A stretch of DNA of 63,463 bases, filler included, from Sphaeroforma arctica JP610 (Eukaryota): NCBI RefSeq assembly GCF_001186125.1. It is 5 parts of 3 records of this genome, joined end to end, with 100 filler letters (N's around TTAATTAATTAA, not from the genome) between each part and the next. Parts side by side here need not be neighbours in the genome. Positions count along the whole stretch, not along the records: positions 40,914 to 58,019 come from NW_014040556.1; positions 58,120 to 60,351 come from NW_014040555.1; positions 60,452 to 63,463 come from NW_014040555.1; 2 more parts are not named here. One strand, 5' to 3'. The notes below the pieces were generated by a model. The model had not been told where the DNA came from, searched no databases, and worked only from the letters and a program-made list of their open reading frames with translations. Both the position numbers and the translations under genes were made by a program. Below, piece by piece: positions 50,701 to 63,463 of the stretch; position 1 is the stretch's first letter; each line of letters starts with the position of its first letter.

Positions 50701-52282
50701 CGCTGTCGGCACAGTTAACACTTCTTGATGGGGATGCAGGTGCTCTCGAATCGCATGATTGGATCTGCGACTCCGCCAATAGCGTACTTTGGCGAGGCAC
50801 TTGCTCTCCAGGACTTGATTGGGACACTGGAGCATATGCATCCAATCCATTGAGATGAGGTGCTTGTTCACTGATGATGCAGTCGGTGTCTGAAGTTCGG
50901 GATGCTGATGGTTGCGATTCGCGGGAGTTGATCTGTGACTCCGCCAGGAATGTGCTTAACACAGGCGTTCGCTCGCCATGCTCGTTTGCTTGGGGCACTG
51001 GCGCTTGTGCTTCTCCGTTTGCGTGTGATAAAGGGTTGCCGATATTGCAGTCGAGGGCCGCTGTTTGGGCTGCTGGTGCTTCTGAGTGGCATGATTGGCT
51101 CTGTGAATCTGCCAATGGTGCACTAGACGGAGATTCTTGCTTGCCAGAGTCGTTGGTTTGGGCAGCGGGCGCTTGTAGATTTAATTCGTTTACGCCACGT
51201 GTTTGCTCGCTGACGATGCTTGTCGCTTCCATTTCCGCACTATTCGTTAAATATGCTTGCTCATTGCCTTTGTACTTCGTCCAAAGTGAGAACTTTTCTT
51301 TCTGCTGAGCCACATACTCCCGGTCCAAGGTCTAGAAACAAACATATAAACAACTAACAGTGAGCAATTGGGACGGAACAGAATCCATCCAAAAATAGTA
51401 TGCTATATCACTGGCCACTGACCCAACTATATAGACTGAACTAACAATATACTTACCTTGTAGATCTCAGTAATCAACAGTTTGAATCGCCGCCTATGAA
51501 CCTCATCCTCAAAATCCCACAAGTGTCCATCGGTGATTCCTCTCTCTAGAACTTGCTCCACCAGCGGCAGAATCTTAGAGGTGAAGAATCGTGCAGCTTT
51601 CGCTCCTCCATGCCCATCTGCCAATGCCATTACAACGTATTGATGCAGAGGGTTGTGGTGAACCAGCACCTTGTCCTCGGCTTCCTTCTTCCACACCTGC
51701 GTTGATGTATAAGTACATACAAAACAGCTCAATGTATGCACATACCGGTGTAGCGGATATAGTATAGACGAGCAGCACAAAACACCAAAATTATATCCAT
51801 AATAGTTCTGCAAAGATCCATAAAAGTCGTACATCGCACACCATCGTCCTAGCAAAGCATACCTTCATTCTCGACTTTCGGTTTCCAGTGAACTCGTAGC
51901 CTTGCTGGATCGCATTACCCCACAGGAACGGCACAGGGAGTGTGTTCCAAACCACGCGCTGGGGCACATCATGCTTCTCAGGCATCTGCACTTGCACCCG
52001 ATCCCCCCGTTTATCTCGCGTGGTTTCCGCTGTGTGTTTCTTCACCACTAGTCGCGCCGTGCAGGTCGAAGATTTTCGTGCCTGCTTCGATTGCTGCGAA
52101 GTTTTCGAGCTCGGCGGCTGAGGAGCCGTACATGTGATTCGTTTCATAGAGTTGTTGGGTCGCTTTCCTTGATTAAACTTATTCTTCTGTATTTGAAGTG
52201 CCACTTTGCTTGGAATTGCTTTGGAATGCTGCGATGGCTTCGATCGCTCTGGCTGCTTCGGCTTATTCACGACGCGCTGCAT
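47718..52282 (-). CDS. PP2C/PPM-family Ser/Thr phosphatase with a very large low-complexity insert in the catalytic domain
   Basis: Exons 52282-51863, 51696-51457, 51331-48909, 48736-48645, 48433-48310, probable 48228-48214, and 48117-47718, with consistent phases. Motifs: 'EAEDK', 'LADGHGG', 'DDGCT', 'CNVGDSR', 'LNLGGTMGD...PDV', 'MMSDGL', 'DDCAV'. Confidence 0.92.
50555..51175 (-). repeat. Four ~56-aa (~170-bp) coding tandem repeats in the PP2C insert
   Basis: Recurring 'AP..Q....GEQ....S..LA[DE]SQ.QSC.S.APAS' in ORF 48857..51328. Confidence 0.85.
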
Positions 52283-52411
52283 TCAGAAAGTAATCTCCAT
52301 CAGTACGGCCCTTGGACAAGTACGCAACAGCACCACTGCACGATTCAACAACACTTCGCAACCACCCACCCTTAGGGTCAGAAAACTCCTACGCAAATAG
52401 ATACTTATCAG

Positions 52412-57463
<5,052 letters not shown>

Positions 57464-58398
57464 CCGACTATGAGCTATGCCTGATAGACACTGCGTGCAA
57501 ACAGCATGGATGTGGATCGAAGCGGCGTGATAAGTACGTGTGCACATGCTTGTATCGCACTATACATATATTTGCACATACACAACAATTTACACGTACA
57601 CATATATTCACGTGTACATGACATAGTTAGCGACGATATGGATGTGGTGTTCAAGTGAGCCTATGGATCCGTGCACAAGTGAACGACGTGCGCAACATAA
57701 AAAAGCCAACCATGTCTTGTGGATTCAATGGCATCTAGTACATATGTACGGAATCCATATAAAAATATAAACACACATATGCGTTGGTGTGTATACCTAC
57801 TAAAATATCTCCAAAATGGTAGGTACATCCACTCGAAAATGAGCATCAATTCGCTTTCATATAATACCAGCACAGCAATATATATACATCGTTCTATATA
57901 CCATTATAGATATATTCTTTCAATTTGAATGTTTACTATTAACATAATCGTCTGCACACACACAGAGACAGATATATATATATATATATATATATACTTA
58001 TATAATAATACACACACACNNNNNNNNNNNNNNNNNNNNNNNNNNNNNNNNNNNNNNNNNNNNTTAATTAATTAANNNNNNNNNNNNNNNNNNNNNNNNN
58101 NNNNNNNNNNNNNNNNNNNCGTAGCCATGGATGTGTGTGTCCATGTGTGTGCATTGATGTAGATAAACAGATACACATACACACGTGAGCATATTCGTTG
58201 CTTAGTTCCAACGTCGCCGGGGTATAAAGCAGTAGGACACATCCCACTCCTTCACCTCTGTGGCATGAATGGCATCGAGGAGTGAAAGTTCTACCCTTTA
58301 AACCTTTTAATAGGCACAAAACAAACATATACTCGTATATATATATATATATATATATATGTATCCTATGCACACCTATACCATATACACCCACCCAC

Positions 58399-58690
58399 CT
58401 TTGAACGCACACATGTCATGCAACGTCTCCCAGTCCACCGTATCCGGGGTCAGCTTTATACTATGCAGCCGGGGCAGACAGTTGATAATAGCCTTGACCC
58501 TCCTACCACCCCGGATAGGCTTAATAACCCAATCTAAAGGCAAGCGGGATATGACATCACGGATCTTATGACATGTCGCAGCAAACTGCAGCAGCGACCA
58601 CTGGGGCAGACGCACGGCTATCCGGGCGATAGCGCCATCGGGAAGTGAAGAGATGTCGTTGGCGTGAGGGGTGGTGGGTTCTTTCGGGTC
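58399..58690 (-). CDS. Exon encoding an F-box domain (probable F-box/LRR protein fragment)
   Basis: An AG/GT-bounded exon reads 'DISSLPDGAIARIAVRLPQWSLLQFAATCHKIRDVIS...LPRLHSIKL'. The next exon (~58256 downward) continues in phase as LRR-like 'EVKEWDVSYC'. Confidence 0.75.
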
Positions 58691-59144
58691 CTGCGATGTA
58701 GGGATGTGAGCGGATTTGGGAAGGTGAGTATATATATATATATGTGTGTATTATCGGTTGAGGGTATAGGTGTGTATGTGTATTCAAGCGTGGATAAGCG
58801 TACGTGTGTGGACCACGTGTATGCCAGAGAGTCCGTCTAGGCTGGTGATACGATACACAGTTATGCGTACTACGGTGGCTGAGAAACGTGCCGATATGGC
58901 GGTGGTGTGAGAGCGAAGCGACAGAATCTATACGATGGTCCTTGTATATGTATGTACACGCATGTATGTACACGCATGTATGAGGCAGATTTGTGTAAGT
59001 AGGCGTAGATACGTGTCTGATGAGTACACGGCTACTTGTGTATGGAGTGGTGCGTGCGTGAAAGATCATTGAGGCAGACGCACGGCATTTTATGTAATGG
59101 GAGAACCCATTGTCACACACTCGAGCATTGTAACTTGATAGGCT

Positions 59145-60020
59145 GACGCTATTTTCTCACATAAGTGCATATATGGGCCTTATTATCTCATACATGGGCT
59201 TTATTTTCTCACACATGGGCCTTATTTTCTCATATATAGTCACCCATTCATTTCTTATACATAGGTTATCCGGTGGTCGGTTTGTGTGTATATCCTGCGC
59301 GTGTGGCTGCGGACTGGTTCTCTAAGGACTGCCAAAACCCAATCACAACATACACACTAATCAAACAATAAAGTACTACACACACCCACATATGATATTC
59401 ATTTGCGTATATTCCTCCAGTATAACCGGATGTTCATATACGTATATAGTTACAAAGACGAATGTGTACGTATACGTGCACGTGTACATGATATAGACAC
59501 ATACGTTATCTGGTGGTGAGGTCACCTACTGGCTATCACCAGAATGCCACATCATCACAAATTTCATACACACGTCTTATTCTCTCATACACGGACAGTA
59601 TTTTTTCATACATTGGCGTTATTTCTACACACACGGGCAGTATTTTCTCATACGTTGGCGTTATTTCTGCATACACGGCCGTATTTTCCAATATAGGACA
59701 CGATATCCTCATACATGCGTTAGCCGGCCGTGAGGTTTGAGAGTGTACTACCTGTGCTGGTGACTGTGTTCGTGTCATTTTACGAACATTATACAAAAGG
59801 TCTGAATCTCTCACACATCAATAGTAAAACGTCACATAGGCATTGTTTTCTCATACATACTTTATCGGTCGGTTCGTTTTACGAATATAATACAAAAGAT
59901 CTTAATCTCACATCAACAGTAAAACGTCACACATAGGCATTGTTTTCTCATACATACATTATCGGTCAGTGAGGTTTGCGTGTGTGTGCCCTGTACGGGT
60001 GACTGTGTTCGTGTTGTTCG
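59145..60020. repeat. ~22-bp minisatellite units (tattttctcatacatgggc-like) and ~110-250-bp internal duplications that include a short exon-like segment
   Basis: Units at 59150-59235 and 59565-59700. 'TRTQSP.Q..H.QTS' is encoded twice on the minus strand (~59720-59780, ~59960-60020). 'ctcacatcaa(t/c)agtaaaacgtcac(ac)ataggcattgtttt' occurs twice. Confidence 0.75.
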
Positions 60021-60451
60021 ATTACTTCCTGTGCGAGCCACTGGAACGGCAAAGTCACCTGAGGGATTTGATAATGATACAAGAGAAACACATGAGTGAA
60101 TGTACACATATGAACTACATAGATATTATATACATATGATTTGTGTAAGAGGTTAAATCCCTGACTGGATGGAGATGAAGGTGTACCTTCCAGAAGTGGA
60201 AGGCAGTATATATATATATATGTGTGTGTGTGTTAAGTGTGTATGTATATGTATATATCTATCTCAATATATCTATCTGACTATCTATCTATCTAGCTAT
60301 ATATATATAAATATATACATGTACATGTACATATACATATGCATATACATTNNNNNNNNNNNNNNNNNNNNNNNNNNNNNNNNNNNNNNNNNNNNTTAAT
60401 TAATTAANNNNNNNNNNNNNNNNNNNNNNNNNNNNNNNNNNNNNNNNNNNN

Positions 60452-60540
<89 letters not shown>

Positions 60541-63078
60541 ACGTGTGCCTGTGTCTGTGCCTGTGCCTGTGCCTGTGCTTGTACCCCTTCAGTATATTGT
60601 ATGAGTTGGGCTTTGTACTTGGGAGACGCAATACCCTCATCCCCCCGATGGTGTGCAGCGTACATATGCGGGGTGGTCTGAGTGTGCTCCTTAGCGGCTG
60701 ATGCAGTGACAGTGCGTGCATGCACCTGTGTATGTGTGTCTAGTGCACGTGTATGTGTAGATGCATTCGCGGCACCGACTGGGGCGGGTGGGGCAGCGAA
60801 CTCCTCTTCGTCAGACGCACAACTGCTCTGGGAGGCTGATAGGATAAGGAGTATATATATAAGAACCGTATGAGCACGGAGGAAAATGAGAGGGTCAAAC
60901 TATATAGTCTTTCGTACTAAATTAGTATATCAACGCATGACAGAGCCAGCAAGCACCCACCGGACCTCAGATTGTAAGTAAAGGCGAATATACAACATAC
61001 TACTGCACACATGGACATACGTAAGTCGCACTATCAATCATAACAACACGACACATAAGCATGATAGAACTACGAACTGCCAAACAAGGCATTTAGGTGT
61101 GTGATGTTGTGATTCATAAGTCAGATGCGTACGATATGCTCCGTCACAAACACGCACAAAAATGACATTTCAACACGCCACATAAGCATGATAGTGTTGC
61201 CAAACAAGGCGTACAACCGTGATTATTATGTCAAGCGTGAGGTCATGCACGTTTGATGTCAAAACGCAAAAAGAAAGGTCAGTGTGATATCATTGTCAAT
61301 CAAGGCATTGCGCATACCATTGCCAATCATACGATCAAATTCATGTGAGAACACCACACACAGACTCGATAGCAAGGTTTAGATATTAAATTTGCTCCAT
61401 ATGCGTCTTTTGTCCTATACCACATACCCGAGTCGTCGTCATCTGGTTTTCCGACCAAACGATTGCCCAGCGGTGTGCGCACACGGATGCCACTCCGTTT
61501 CAGATACTTGTTGACCCACTCCCGGCGCAACGTGGCCTCGGCTGAGTTGGATATCTTTATCAAGTGCTGTCAGATAAAGCAACACCGATGGAATTGTAAA
61601 TGGAATGAGCGGGGTGTAAATATATCGATCGAAATAGTATTGCTGTATGGAGTATAAGAGTGGTGAGAGGTAAAATATTATCGAGTTAGAATACTAGGGT
61701 ATCAAGGGTATATAATGTGAACAAGTTGAGCAGAAGGACAAAAATGGTTGAGGTGGTAGATTCGAATGGTTGAGGTGGTCGTTTGGAAGCGTTAACAGGG
61801 CATCGCCTAGGTTTCTTTTTTACTAATGTTTTAGAGGCCATCTACGACCATTTAAATTGGTGACCAATGTTTGAAGTGTTCACACATTCATATCTTCCTG
61901 TCAATTCAGAACACCAGAACTGATCGACTACAACTTTCCTACATGCGCCTCCAAGATTCCTCCCCGTACGAGTATTTCGAATGTATTTGAGCGCGTAAAG
62001 AATTAGCGCGTGTCCGTGTGCGTGCGCAACGAAGCGGTTAGCAGCAGAAAGCTTTGATATACTTTCCATTCATTCAGAAAAACTGTTTGCTGAATTTATC
62101 CTGATCGTTTGGCAGCCGCACAGCTGCCAATGCAAGCACACATATATAGACGCAAAACAGCTCACAGAAATGTATGTGTTCAACTGGAAAATACTCGCAC
62201 ATAGAATAAACCATTTAAACACAGCATACTTATCCGTACCCATGAATAGTTGCCTACACATGTATTGCAGTGTGTAATTCGGAGACATTTAAACACTATA
62301 CAAACTAATACACCTCAACAGTATCGCGTTTCTTTTGAAGGGCATGTCTCTGTATACATGTGGAAGATACATACCTCGTTTGTACTGAATCGATCCGCAG
62401 GACGCTTTCTGTGATAAGGTTTGCGTGTAGTGATTGGTGCAGTCCTTCGAGGCGCTCCGGATTTGATGTGGGCTATGTGAATGCTACAGTATCTGGGCAT
62501 CGTACAGTAGGCATGGGCATTAAGGGTCAGTACGGCGAATCGATATCTGCAGAACGATACTTTATAGTACAGATCCGCACACTATTCTGTGAGAATGTAT
62601 CACTATCATTATTTAGGTTTTGTAGACGGAAATTACTTGATTTCTCCAAGACACTTGTGGCGGTTAAGATACCTCTATATCGTATTACTGAGTATCAGTG
62701 GTTGTAAAGCACAGCACACACACGTTCGCGTACCCGGCCAAAAGTCCGCACAAGACTCGCATATCGCTTAGCAGGCACAGTACAGCACGTGTACAAGCGC
62801 ATATACACCTGTACATATCCTGTGTATTCACACACACAAGCGCACGTACAGTACATGTGCACATATTGTAAATGATGCTACAAGTTCACATACAGTTCAG
62901 CGCCACTCTTTGAGATCGGATTCGCACATCGTCTTCCAGATACGATATGGTTAAACGCACACTGCTTGAACGGTGCCTGTGGATCACTCAGTATGTGTTT
63001 AGTGCACAGTATGTAGCCCTTCATCGGAGGCTGATGACATGTACGACCAGTGTACTGGCATTCTGTCGAGACTGAAGT
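60452..63078 (-). CDS. Multi-exon gene fragment with a zf-C3Hc3H domain (INO80D/KANSL2-type) and a poly-(QA) tract
   Basis: Exon 63078-62894 reads 'CQYTGRTCHQPPMKGYILCTKHILSDPQAPFKQCAFNHIVSGRRCANPISK'. Exon ~61567-61429 reads 'HLIKISNSAEATLRREWVNKYLKR...'. Exon ~60835-60452 ends in (QA)n encoded by (caggca)n. Confidence 0.8.
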
Positions 63079-63463
63079 CTGGTAATGCAAGTGCATGTGT
63101 AAATAGAGATCAGTACAACACGATGTGGTATATGTGTCTGTAGCATATAGAACATGCTTGGTCTACATAGGGTTAAGTCCTACATAAAAAGTGTAGACTA
63201 TGCTCACAGTAAATATATAGTGCACTACACCCATCCTTTCCACAACGATTGGCGCGATCAATGACCAGGTATTGTGCGCGAAAAGGCGTCTGGTTAGTAC
63301 GCTAGCCAGATATTGTTTATACTGTTTTGCAATATAAGTATGTTTGTACAAATTTGTCAACAAAAGTGCAAGTATATATTTGACAAGATTCGACGTATAC
63401 AACGACTACTTAGAGTATGTGTAGTGTATGGCAGAAAACCATATAATTTACTTTAAACATCCC

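Overview
Eukaryotic draft-genome window with GT-AG introns, many (TA)n/(TG)n microsatellites and N gaps. The gene content and style suggest a unicellular opisthokont or holozoan, but that is inference only. Four artificial 100-bp spacers (44 N + TTAATTAATTAA + 44 N) cut it into five pieces, so adjacency across them is not guaranteed. Host genes: a DDT/WHIM1-2-3 ISWI-partner-type chromatin protein (+, 82-8410) with an apparent 4-bp frameshift; a >2000-aa protein with two complete bHLH-ZIP domains (-, 10142-17045); a PP2C/PPM phosphatase with a ~740-aa repeat-containing insert (-, 47718-52282); a SAND/TDBD-like protein (-, ~52412-57463); an F-box exon; and a zf-C3Hc3H (INO80D/KANSL2-type) gene fragment. 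Positions 17271-33500 are a nested transposon cluster: a chromovirus 3' end, a Ty1/copia element with LTR, a decayed gypsy RT-RNase H, and a Zisupton/DUF6729-type transposase with an inserted DEDDy exonuclease whose C-terminal half is inverted. The most striking element is at 21042-23230. One reading frame joins a DIRS-type Dam-like methyltransferase domain, a complete gypsy-type HHCC-DD35E-SH3 integrase and the start of a tyrosine recombinase, suggesting a retroelement with two unrelated integration enzymes. A decayed LINE lies at 41023-43887. All domain calls are by motif recognition; no searches were run.
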